Positions 12,440-25,505 of a stretch of DNA of 64,000 nucleotides are shown here, piece after piece. How positions within the stretch are numbered: position 1 is the stretch's first letter; each line of letters opens with the position of its first letter. This DNA is from Octopus vulgaris (lineage: Eukaryota), in assembly GCA_951406725.2 (NCBI GenBank), contig OX597821.1, forward strand, positions 46,686,001 through 46,750,000, written 5' to 3'. The notes below the pieces were generated by a model, which did no database searches, was not told where the DNA came from, and saw nothing but the letters and a program-made list of their open reading frames with translations. The position numbers were made by a program, and so were the translations under genes.

Positions 12440-12740
12440 ATTCTTTTGCCAAACAGATAAGTAAGCTACAGTAACGTAAACAAATCAGAACCAGTTATCC
12501 CGCAATGTCAGGAGGCAAACACACACACACACACACATACACTTACACACGCACGCGCGCACACACACACACATATAAGATGGGCTTCCACACAGTTTCT
12601 GTCAATCAAATTCACTTACAAAGCATTGATGGCCCGATGCTATACAAGAAAACACTTGCCCAAAGTACCACGTAGTTGGTCTGAACTTCAAACCAAGTGC
12701 TTGCAACGCGAGCTTCTTAACCGCGCAGTCATGCTTATAT
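12440..12740 (-). mobile_element. tRNA-derived SINE family B, degenerate
   Basis: AACACTTGCCCAAAGTACCACG...TCTGAAC...GAGCTTCTTAACC matches the reverse complement of the family B head and core. Confidence 0.75.
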
Positions 12741-13261
12741 GTATAAGTAAAATATAGCACAATACATAATATCCAACGATGCTATTATTCACGAATTAAG
12801 ATAAAAAAATATAAATTAGTAAACCTCTTAATGTGAATAATCTTAATCCGTCTCGCATAAATTCTGTCAATTATCGCGAGGAACAATATTATTGTCAGAG
12901 AGCATTTCGCCTGATAAAAATAAAAGGTGTGGGTTATCAGAGTTAATGCTAGCCGCAGTCGGAATTTAAAAAAAAGATGTTACTAAAATAATAATAATAC
13001 TTTTACAGTAATAAATTATTCTTAACCAGCTGAATTATTACTGCAATCTATCAATTCAGTCCTCGCTAAAAGGGATGACGGTTAATTCTTCATTGTTAGA
13101 ATATCATTCATATAGTTTTTGATGCATCATTGTGGCATTTGTTCCAGCTCACTACGCTCTGGGTTCATATCCCGTTGAGGTCGATTTAGCTTTTCATCTC
13201 TTCTGGGTAAATAGATAGTAAGCATTGTAGCCGGCTCACTACTCCATTTTTGTTTGATTTT

Positions 13262-14370
<1,109 letters not shown>

Positions 14371-14444
<74 letters not shown>
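14371..14444. repeat. (TCTA)n microsatellite
   Basis: Directly visible; abuts the 3' end of the Tx1 fragment. Confidence 0.97.
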
Positions 14445-16429
14445 AGTCACTGTATACCTTTCTCTCTCAGATTCTGTCACAATGAAGAGACCTAGAAAGA
14501 AATGTTTATATTGTACTCTCACAAATCCTTTCACTACCATGCTTTCTCTTTTGAAATTCCAGTTATTAATATGAAAAAATACCTTACTTTTCCTTTCTAT
14601 TGTATTTACCCCATTCTGTTTGTGATTAGAATGATTATTCATTGAATCATTTTTAATTGGCAGCATTGTGAAAAATTGTCGAAGGAGAGAAACGAGAGAA
14701 ACTGTAGGTTTGTAGAGAGGAGAGAGGCTGTAGTAGGTACGGGATGTGATGCTAAAGGTTGTAGAATGTTCTACTGGAAACAGAGTAACTATTTCAGTGC
14801 TATACTGTTTCTTATTTCAAAAACTGACGAATAATATTCAGCTATGTAAGTTTCACAGAATAACTTGCTGGAAGATCAACAGAACTGAAATTCACTATTT
14901 TATTCGAGCTGCTGTTTAGACCTAGGCCAGCCTTGATCACTACATATTTATGATTAAAGACATTCTAGCCGTCACTATACGACATACTTTGAGGCCTAAT
15001 GGTGTACCCAGGTTACGTCATCCAAAGTGTTTTGTGGGGAAAAAAAATTGTCTGCTGATGCCGAGCTGTTCGAACACCCATAGACGTTTTCTGAATGATT
15101 CTTTTATCCTAGTGATTACTGAATGCAGCCGATGTTTGTAACAACCACAAGATGGTTGTTCGGATGAAACAGTTTGCTAGTGAGCAGAACAAAAATGTGA
15201 AACTCTACTTTAAGAACATGCAACAAGAAAGGGGAAGAAAGCAAGTGTTCATATGTAGAATATAAGTGTATAAAACAACAAATAAAAGAAAACGAAGGAA
15301 TAAAAGTTTGCACTAAACTGCTGACTAAAGAAACGATATACAAAGGAGACAGTTCTGTCTCGTGACAGTAGTTATCTAGCAATTCGTCTTGGCTTGGATG
15401 CACAGCAAGACGCCACCATTGACAGCAAATGGAGAATGCACTGCAAAGATTTATTGGGCTTAAACTAACTGTAACTGAACAATTAGAGAGCGCCTTTTTT
15501 ACTTTCGTTGTTGCGGTAGTCATGCAAAACTTCGCCAGTGTTTAGGGCATTTTCTTTCCACTTACCCTTTACATCTCCTTAAAATTTTATTATTTATTTT
15601 CAAATCATTTTCATTAGTCAATCTTTATTTTTCTTCAGCGAAAATATCGCATTTAGATTACATTACTCTTATACATATGTTAATTTAGTTGTAAGAAATA
15701 TTCAACAACGATTTGCGTTGCATCATAAAAGTTTTCAAATGAAATGAAATGACTCTGTTCAAAGTTAACTATTTCTAAGAACAAAATTCATGGTGATACG
15801 AATTATCGAGACACCATTATTCGTAATTAAAAATAAGACAGAAACGCAGTGCTTCATGCAACTTCATAAACATTTTTTTATCGCTGAAATATTCACATAG
15901 ATTGTACCGGTGTCCTCTGTGGAAACTATGGTATAACTTTTACTGATGCAATGTTTTGGGTTCAAGACACATCGATATATAAGCAATTCGAGATATTATT
16001 TCCGTGTAAAGTATAATTTTTTCATGCATACAACAAATAGCATGGGACAGGCGGTATCAGAAAATAGATTAATTTCTCATAATTTTTTTTTCTGTTTTCT
16101 TTTGAAAACCAAATAATACACACACAGAGACATACAAGCGCATGCACACACACACACGGACACCGAGACACGCAGACACACAGACACGCGCGTAAATACG
16201 TATATAATGCAGTGAAAACTCATAGGGATCAATGGCAATAAGTTATGAAATTATTGCAACAGAGGCTGAATGTATTAGATAAAATTAACAGCACAGACTG
16301 GAATAGTGATCTTGTGATGTATACATGCGATTGGAAATTAGTAAATAAATCAAACTCAAACGTTTAATTTGATGTAAAGTTCAAACTGGCTCCCATAAAG
16401 TCCTGCCGCATTACTGACACAATCATTTT

Positions 16430-17150
16430 GAGAGTACATTTTCATTACCTGCGGAAGATATGCATGATTTTTTACGTTCTTTATAGATTATTTTATTCCA
16501 TAATGTTCTAATTCGTATCCATTTTCCCCGTTTAAAATGAGTTGTGTTCAGGACCATATCAGACATGCATGCTGCATGAAATTCAAAGGGTGATTTTAAG
16601 CAATGGAAGCGGCAAGAAATAATCGTTTTTGCCTACGGAAAACAAGCATTAACTGTCCCCATGTGCCAGCGATAGTTTGGCCAGTTTCGCTCAGGAAGTT
16701 TTTCTCTCACAGATTTCCCGCGATCTGGACGACTGATTTTTGTTGATATTGGTTTTTCGAAAACCGTAGTTAAGGAAAATCTAAGGCAAACTGCACGAGA
16801 GTTAGCAAAACAGTTCAATTCAAGCTATGCTTCGGTTATAAAACACCTTAAAGAACTAGAAAAAGCGCATCTGTTATTATCTGTTGCGCAACTTTATCAA
16901 AGAGTTTCTCTCTGCTCATCATTGAAGAGCAGACTTGATACCGAACCTTTCATAGAATCATCACGAGTGAGGGTTCTCTATGAATATATGTAACGCAAAC
17001 GACAGCGGTTAACACGTTAAACCAAAACGAAACAGTTAATGTAGCGAGTATTACCATTAATTGGAAACACGGTTTATTAATTTAGAAAGGTTAAAAATAA
17101 TTGTGTGTTGTTCTTTGAAACCTGAAGAACTTTCTGCCTGAGAGGTTAAC
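16430..17150 (+). mobile_element. Degenerate mariner DNA transposon
   Basis: From ATG 16537: MSCVQDHIRH...AMEAARN...AYGKQALTVPMCQR*FGQFRSGSFSLTDFPRSGR...ENLRQTARELAKQFNSSYASVIKHLKEL, a typical mariner HTH/PRSGRP region. Homologous to 49550-50560. Confidence 0.85.
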
Positions 17151-17401
17151 AATTTGCCATATAGATGAGATATATGAGGGGAATTATTATCTTGATTAAA
17201 TATATAAATTAAAATCAAAGAAACATGTGTTTGTTTTCATCGGACTACAACAAATTGCCTTAGATGCCAAGAACCTCCTTTCCTCTATCCATCTGTTGAG
17301 ATATTTAGGGATAATTCCCAATGCACTTATAACTACTGCGGTACATTTTACCCGTACTTTCTGCAATTCAATAGCTAGGTCCTGGTACTTTGCTGTTGTT
17401 G

Positions 17402-17444
<43 letters not shown>

Positions 17445-17635
17445 GGCGGCGAGATGGTAAAATCGTTAGCATGTCGGACAAAATGCTTAACGTTTGAGTT
17501 CAGACGTTACCGAGGTCGACTTTGCCTTTCAGCATTTCGGGGTCGATAAAATATAGTACAGTCAAGTGCAGGGGGTCGATGTCATCGACTAGCCCTCTTC
17601 CTCAAAATAGCAGGTATTGTGCCTGTAGTATAAAC

Positions 17636-17637
<2 letters not shown>
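17445..17637 (+). mobile_element. SINE family A within (TTA)n
   Basis: GGCGGCGAGATGG head and GTCGACTTTGCCTTTCAGC..TTCGGGGTCGATAAA core; TTA runs on both sides. Confidence 0.8.
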
Positions 17638-17686
<49 letters not shown>

Positions 17687-17688
<2 letters not shown>

Positions 17689-17887
17689 TAACCCATGTTT
17701 CCAAAGGTGAATTATCCAAACCTCCAAGAATTCCTTTCAACACACGGCTAGATGCTCCCCCACTACTTCTGCTCGTGGTCAGAGATGCACATATCATCAG
17801 CCACTAAGGGACATGCTCAACTGGTTAAGGTGAAACAACTGACAAGCAAATCTGTGGCATTGAGCAGAATATTTGCTGTAGCGCATC

Positions 17888-17892
<5 letters not shown>
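17687..17892 (-). mobile_element. Repeat family D internal fragment
   Basis: Matches 58635-58833 (ACCCATGTTTCC...AGAATATTTGCTGTAGC). Confidence 0.85.
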
Positions 17893-17953
<61 letters not shown>

Positions 17954-17997
17954 GTTAATATTATTACTATTATTATTATTATCATTACTACTATTAA

Positions 17998-18210
17998 AAG
18001 CGGCGAGCTGGCAGAATGTTTAGCACGATGGCCAAAATAATTAGAGGCATTTCGTCCGTCTATATGTTCTGAGTTCAAATTCCGCCGAGGCCGACTTTGC
18101 TTTTCATCCTTTCGAAGTCGATAAATTAAGTACCAGTTCAACACTGGCGTCGACGAGATCGACTAGTCCTCTGCCTCCAAAAATTCAAACTTTGTGCCTA
18201 TAGTAGAAAC
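17998..18210 (+). mobile_element. SINE family A within (TTA)n
   Basis: GCGGCGAGCTGGCAGAA head, GAGTTCAAATTCC B-box, core, and tail TGTGCCTATAGTAGAAA. Confidence 0.85.
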
Positions 18211-18262
18211 TACTACTACTACTATTATTATTATTATTATTATCATCATCATCATCATTATT

Positions 18263-18790
18263 GAGTGAGAGAGTAGCGCATGCCATCGAAGTGACGCCGG
18301 GGTACAAATATTCGAAGTCAAATATATCCATCATGACTACCCGTCTGATAAGGGTACACGAGGCACATGCGTCACAACCATATGTGCGCGACATGGAGAT
18401 CTCATATCAAAATAAACAACGCATGACCTTACCGGTGGAGCCCAGTTAGAGCTTTCTTCAGGTCGAGTATCCCATCGTGCTCGAAATGTCTGTTTAAGGA
18501 TGATGAACACTCAGTTTCCGGAGGCAATTTTCCATGTTTCCAGAGATGAATTATTCAAATCCTGAAGAATTCCTCTCAACAAATGGCTATGATGTCCCCC
18601 CACCCACTTCTGCTCGTGATCAGAGATGCACATATCGCCAACCACTAAGGAACATGTTCAAGTTGTTTAGATCAAGCAACTGATAAGCAAATCTGTGGTA
18701 TTAAGCATAATATTTACTGTAGCCCATCTTTTATACCAAGACAAAACATGTTCATGATAACACTTCCAATAAGTTAAGATCAAAAGCTCA
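18263..18790 (-). mobile_element. Repeat family D (non-autonomous retroelement with TAA tail)
   Basis: Homologous to 57855-58285 and 58371-58961; shared left end GAGTGAGAGAG next to (TTA)n. Confidence 0.85.
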
Positions 18791-18799
18791 CGGAATTGT

Positions 18800-19310
18800 A
18801 CTAGAATGGATAGTTAAAAGAGGAAGTATGTTGATTCAGAAGGACCCAGATAATGGTGGTGTGACCAGTAACTATAGTCGTCCGATTTGCTTGTTTACCT
18901 GTGATGCAGAATCTTCTAAGTGGGATACAGGGAAAGAAGATGCACGACCATCGTGAAAGAACTGAAGAGAAAGGTTGCAGGAATGGATCACGAGGGTCAG
19001 TTGCTGATGCTAAAGGCAATTTTGAGGAACTGTCGAAGATGGCCGATAGATTTATCAATGGTTTGGAATAACTATAAGAAAGCATATGATATGGTTCCTC
19101 ACTCGTGGATTCTAAAAAGACTGGAGATATTTGAGGCAGCTAAAAATATGATTTACCAAAAAACAGTATGAGGAAGACATTATTGACAGTAGGTAGAAGG
19201 GAAATTGGACAAGTCGACATCAAGAGAGGAAACTTTCAAGGATATTCTGTGTCACTTTTGTTTATTGTTAGTACTTTACCATTCTCCATGGTTCTGAAGT
19301 CATTGGATGC
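18800..19310 (+). mobile_element. R4/Dong-clade LINE reverse transcriptase fragment
   Basis: NYSRPICL, QLLMLKAILRNCRR..DLSMVWNNYKKAYDMVPHSWIL, and VDIKRGNFQGYS (cf. NYRPITCL, LSMAWIDYKKAYD.VPHSWI, IRRGIFQGDS). Confidence 0.8.
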
Positions 19311-20450
19311 AAAGGAAAACTATAGAATCTAACGGTCGCCAGTAATTTAGCATGAATAACTTATCTTTACTCCGTAGCAACATAATTACAAGTAGAATAA
19401 AGACACATTAGAGAAGGGTGCACCAGTGTGATGTTTGTTGTGATACTAGAAACACACGCTTTATTGAGAATATAACAGAAAATTTTATATAAAAGGAAAA
19501 AAAACTAAAGAGAAGCAGATGTCACTGGTAATCATAATATATTTACTTTTTGCTTTTTCAACTTATGACCTAGTCCCAGAACGGCTGTGTCAATGATCCC
19601 CAGTTTTATAGCATCCGAGGTAGTTGAAAGGAAAGGAGGATGTGAACTGAAGACTGGTGACGTGGCTTGAATGTTTTTAGCAGAGTTGGCGGAATTAAAG
19701 TAACACAAGTGACGTACAATGGTTCTAAACAGGTTGCTGTATTAATTTTCCCATCCATGCTACTTAATTAGACACAGAAATATCAAATGAACGAACTAGA
19801 CCTGGTCACTTTTAAAATATTTGCAGTACAATAATGGCAAAACAACAAATAATCTGTTAGATCAACCGAAAATGCGAACATTGGTATTTAATAACATCAT
19901 TTTAAGCTAGAAATGTTCAGACAAAAAGGATTTTTACTGGTATGTTTGATTTAGTGCAATACTAATTTGTACGTTATAAAAAGCTGAAGTCATAGAAAAC
20001 TTCCCGCGAGGGAAATAGATGTGATCTAACAAGTTTGTAAATTCTAAATGAGTTCGTTAATCTCTAGTTTCTGTCTAAAACTTTCTAGTTCATGCTTTTA
20101 GAGGCTGATCCTATCAATCGGAAATATCTTAAAAAGTCTCTTTCATTTATGTCAGATTACAGATATTGTTATTGGTGTCCTTATTGTTGTTATTTTCCAT
20201 TCTACTTTGCGGAGTGGCATTAAAATATATTAAGTGGAATTCTTAGTAATCCTGAACATAAACAGAAATATGTAGACTCTTACACAGTAGTCAATATACT
20301 TAATTTTTCTCAGTAGTCTCTTCATTCTATTTTATAAGTTGTAATGGAAATAATTTGAACTGTTCTCATAAAAATAGACTAGTAATATAATTATATAAGG
20401 GTTTACGTTAGATATATAATTTCATTTCAGGGAAGACATCTTTATAAGTT

Positions 20451-20576
<126 letters not shown>

Positions 20577-20803
20577 GCATACATGTAAATGTTAAACTGT
20601 CGTTATTATTTTAATGCATATTTAAGAATAATGGCGGGATATGTCTACTGAAAGTAGACATATATACGCGATGTGCGTGCGCACGTGCATGTGTTATCTC
20701 CATTGGAATTGATAAAGAGTCGGTGCATATCGCTACATCATTTACGTTCACGGTTCAAATCCCGGCAATCACTCATCCACTTGACATATATCAGTACATA
20801 ATA

Positions 20804-21137
20804 GGCGCAGGCGTGGCTGTGTGGTAAGAAGCTTGCTTCACAACCACATAGTTCCGGGTTCCCTCCCACTGAGTGGCACCTTGGGCTGACCAAAGCCTTG
20901 TGAGTGGATTTGGAAGAAGGAAACTTTAAGAGGCCCATCGCATATGTATATGTATATATATGTACATTTGTGTGCGTGTGTGCTTGTCCCCCCGCCATCG
21001 CTTGACAACCGATGTTGGCTTGTTTACATCCCCGAAACTTAAGAGTCCTGGACTCAATATCTTCGACTAACTGCGGTGCTCCAGCATGGCTGCAGTCAAG
21101 TGACTGAAACAAGTAAAGGAATAAAATAATAAAAGAA
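20804..21137 (+). mobile_element. tRNA-derived SINE family B
   Basis: Head GGCGCAGGCGTGGCTGTGTGGTAAGAAGC...CCGGGTTC, core GGCACCTTGGGC, and tail GGTGCTCCAGCATGGCTGCAGTC...GACTGAAACAAGTAAAG. Confidence 0.88.
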
Positions 21138-21152
21138 TATAAGCTCAATAAT

Positions 21153-21375
21153 GACATGTCATTAGAGCAACATGTCATCTGTGGGTACATTTCCTCTGTG
21201 GTTACAGGTTATCGGGGTAATATGTCGTCTTTTCTAACATGCCATCTATAGTAACATATTATCTGTAAAATATGCTATCTGTAGTAATATGTCACTGTGG
21301 TAACATACCATTGTAGTAACATACCGTCTGTGGTAACCTGTCATCTGTAGTATGATGCCATCTGTGATAACATTG
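21153..21375. repeat. Degenerate ~17-bp minisatellite (consensus CATGTCATCTGTGGTAA)
   Basis: About a dozen imperfect tandem units visible. Confidence 0.7.
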
Positions 21376-21514
21376 ACATTACCATATCATATGAGATTCA
21401 TATAGATGACCGTAGTGCAGATTGTTGATTAAAATTCAGTACACAATGATACAGTAATACTGTAATATAAAGTAGTCAGGAGAATGTCAATGCTAGAATA
21501 TAGTGGCAATATAA

Positions 21515-21860
21515 TCTCTCTATATATAAACGGCAAAATGTCTATGTGTGTGTCCTTTACACAAATCCACAATTTTTCAGTTAGAGGGCCCGCACTTTCT
21601 GTGGTCATTCAAAACCGTCCAAGGGTGGTCGCGTACATCTTTACATTTCCCCATTAAAAAATCAATAGAATTGACTTTTTGTGAATTTTCTATCCCAAAC
21701 CCAATAAAAATGACCGAAACTTGATACGCCAATTGAATACCAGCTAGCTGAATGTGATTGGTCGGAGATTTGGACAGTATTCACGTGTATGTGTGCACGC
21801 ACACAGCTGTATATGCATGCACTACCACTATGACCCGGCAACGCCGGGTCATAGTGCTAG
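21515..21860 (+). mobile_element. Non-autonomous Helitron
   Basis: Inserted between A and T; starts TC, ends CTAG; perfect 14-bp-stem hairpin CACTATGACCCGGC-AAC-GCCGGGTCATAGTG (21826-21856). Second copy at 56396-56757. Confidence 0.85.
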
Positions 21861-23689
21861 TACAGTAAAATACAGTTGGCATATAACCCTTACAGTAGTA
21901 GTACATTATAGTATTGTACTACCGTGCTATAGAATACAGTACAATAAAGAACTGTATATCTGACTATAGTTTGGTGTAGTTAAGTAATGCAGTACGGTAG
22001 ACTACAGCACAATACAACATAGAAGAGTACTGTGCAGTATATTATAGTTCTACAGTTTATAACTACAGTACAGTAAAGCACTGTTTAATGCGCATCTTTA
22101 CAGTGTGGTAGTGTAAGTACCTTGACATACTGTGGAGTATGATAAATGATAGTTATACACATCTGACATGCTTCAATTCACTGAGAAAATTGCATTATCA
22201 ACGAGGACAAGATTGCTGTGTGGCGGTCTACTTTTTAATTATCCTATTAAGCATGCAGTAGTCGAAAACCAAGAGATGTATAGAGTTCGACAGTTAATAA
22301 GGGATTAATAATCATTTCAAGAAAATTTGGTAATTATACAGAAACAAGTTTAATTTTCTAAGTCGACTGGCGTCAATTTATAAGAGAGCTCATCGACATG
22401 GAATGACTGTCTTCTATTATGTATAGATTCATGAATATTTCCAAAATTGTTCTGGATTCCTGTTGACAGATAACCTTTAATTTCTTTTATGTAAATCGAA
22501 GGCAAATAAATTTCGAACACGTGAAAATTCCATAATATCAGCAATTTACGGTTAATCAGGACACTATAAAAAAGAAATTATTGTAAATTCATGAATACAT
22601 AGATGTGTCAAATCAACTTTATCGGAAAATTGATGGACCTTAAATAATCAATGTATTAGAAGGTTTTATAATATTTCATATATATTCTCCATTAGAGTAG
22701 AAGCAGCGAGGCTGGAATGGGAATGAACTTCCTTTATTATAACAATATGATCAACCATTTTCAGTAGATTTATATAACTTCGTTGACGTAGTAGTAGTAG
22801 TAGTAGTAGTAGTCGTTGTTGCTATTGTTGTTATTGTTTAACCTCAAGTTAATCCTGATTGAATGAATACATGATGAAAGACGTTCCAAATTAAACGGAT
22901 GAAAGTCGTCTTGTTTTATTTTTTAAAACTCTCTTTAGGGCTACATTATTCGATATGTCTTTCCATTTCGTTAAAGTAGAAATAATAGGATTCAAGAGAG
23001 AGTTGGTGCTCTTTTTTGCTGGTCGAGTGTTCTTGTAGAGATTCGGATATTGGCTTTCATTACTACAACTATAAATATGTCTAAATTATGGTCGAGCTCA
23101 GAAAACACCTTCCTTTCTTCTCTTTATAAAGAATGCCACACTTAAAGTACACAAGTACACAAAATCTGTAAACAGAGACTTTCACTGACTTTGACTTTTT
23201 GAATCAAATTTTAGAGAGCAATTCAGAATCAACAACAATGGTTAAGTTTCCAGTGAAGAGTCCTCACTTCCTATGATGCAATTTCCTTAAATCGTTATAC
23301 TTTCTCTCTGTTTAAAATGGTTGACCAGCTCCCTCTCACAAAGATCCCAATTACTTGATATTTACTACGTGGGAACTTTTTAAAAATAAAACATTAGAAT
23401 CTCCAGAGTCGTTCATTATTTTATACTAGAAATGCGTGCATCAAGGTCTGTTTAAGAGATCAAATTGTAGAACTCAGAGATACAAAAAGAACTCACATCC
23501 GTCGTGTTGTTGTGGTATGACCTTCTAGAGTATAACTATGATTAAAGGCGTCGCAGTATAATTATCCTTCAGGAATTATATTGTTCTTTTTAGTTAAGTA
23601 GGTGCGATTGGAAGAAACTTAGGCTGCTATTTATAGCAGTTTGGATTTTCACATATAAGTTTCATTGTTGAAGCTGGAAGAGGTGGCCA

Positions 23690-25090
23690 AATCAGTGGTA
23701 GATGAAGAATGTGGCCATATAAGAGAGAAAACTGAACAAGAAATTGCTGAAAGATCACTGAATCATCCAAGAATAGAAGCCGTTGTGAGGCTGAAAATAT
23801 GCTTTACTTCATAGAGGGAAAACATTTTATAAATGAAAGGAGCTTCAACGATTAAATGAAACAAGCAGTTTGGATAGAACGAGATTAACAGTTTCAAAAT
23901 GAAAAGCTATGAATAGCACATAAAAAGATTGGATAAATTTTTAGCGAAAATCAAAGTTTAGAATATAACAGGCAAAAGTGATATCTTCTACAATGCAGCT
24001 TCTCTCGCTGTAGAAATTCTTAAAGTCGAAAGTCGGGCAGAAAAAGACATGAAGTCAAAGCATCAGACATAGACAGCATAATCGGGTAAAATACGAGATA
24101 CCAAGACAAGTTTTTCAGAAACGATGAAAGGCAATTTTACCAAAGGTTGAAAAAGGAAAAGGAACATCAGGAGAATAATCTTTTAAACACTGAAGCATTA
24201 AGGAACCTTTGGTTAGATATTTGGAGTTGAAAGGTTGAAAGCAGCACTGAAACAGAAAAGTTACAAGAGTGTAACAGGAAGGAGGTCAAAGTGAGAGTCA
24301 AAGTAAATGACAAAGTAAAAAAGTTGTGCTCAAGAATATTCTAAAGTAGAAGCTTCTAGATCCATTGTTGTTAAGAGGTTCTGACTAAAACATATCACAA
24401 GAATGCATAAGTTACATGCAGCCGTTTATATACACCATTATATACTGACAATATAAAAAATTAACTCCAGCATAGATAACAAAAGAAAGAACAGCGTTAA
24501 GATTTAAGGATAAAGAGCGGGAAAGGCAGTAATTATAGGCGTGTTACACGCGTACCAAGGCTTTAGAAATTGCTAACTGGTATCAAAGTAGACGAATTGT
24601 ATAGCTTTTTTTTGTGGGGAAAGAAAAACCTGTAACGAGAAGAGAAGAATGGATGCAACAAAATAAATGAAGGGAAAGGCAGGTTCATTGTATATGGCTA
24701 GAATGAAACTAAAGCTCGGATAAAAAAAAAAGAACTTAGATAATGATTGGACTGGTTACGAGAAAGCACATACCACCCTATTGGCGTTTGGAGCACCTTA
24801 AGATCCTCAGCCCGCACGTGATCAGCGTTTTTTTTGTTTTTTTAAAGTTTGGACGTTAATCGGGAAGTAATGCAAAAATCCAGAGGTGATTCTCTCTCTC
24901 CCCCTTCCTCTCTCTCTCTCTCTCTCTCTCCTTTCCTCTCCCTTCCTCTCCCTCTCTCTCCATTACTTTTTGTATTTGCGCTTATTCATTTGACAAAGAC
25001 ATTGAAAAAATTCAGGTCAGTTTTTTATGACCAAGGAGAATACAATAATCAGCTATATTTAGATAACCAGCATTTTAGTATACAGATTGA
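23690..25090 (+). mobile_element. Degenerate R4/Dong-clade LINE ORF/RT region
   Basis: NYRRVTRVP..*KLLTGI (cf. NYRPITCLP..WKLLTGI), WTGYEKA (cf. WIDYKKA), and RGDSLSP...LLFVFALIHLT (cf. QGDSLSPLLF.LALIPL). Confidence 0.7.
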
Positions 25091-25505
25091 GACATAAGTA
25101 CGTAGTTTTAATTATTAAGAGAGATCAGAATATCTAATTTGATGATACATCCCCTCTCTCCCTCCAGCCGTCACATCCTGGATGTGTCTCTGGGTTGAAG
25201 CGTAGGAGTGTCGAGATTGTTTGTATATCTACTTTCGACTACATAGGCACCTAAAACAAGCAGCGAAACACAGATCGTATAAGTTACTATCTTAGTATCA
25301 TAGCAGACTCAACAAATATTGCCTATATTGCTTTCTCACTATAACAGCAGAAGTCTCATGACGAACGCTCTTCGCGGTTATTATGCAAAAATACTCAACA
25401 GATAAGAGAAATATTAAAACGACACGAGAAAGAATGAAACAAAACCTATAATGCTGTGAATTAGATATGAAACAATTTTACTTTTAAAAAAATGCTGCAT
25501 ATATA

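Noticed and set aside
17469-17480. Minus-strand C-P-T-C codons as a candidate second RING exon of PCGF
   Set aside because: Inside a SINE, followed immediately by a stop, and lacking the FC..CI context.
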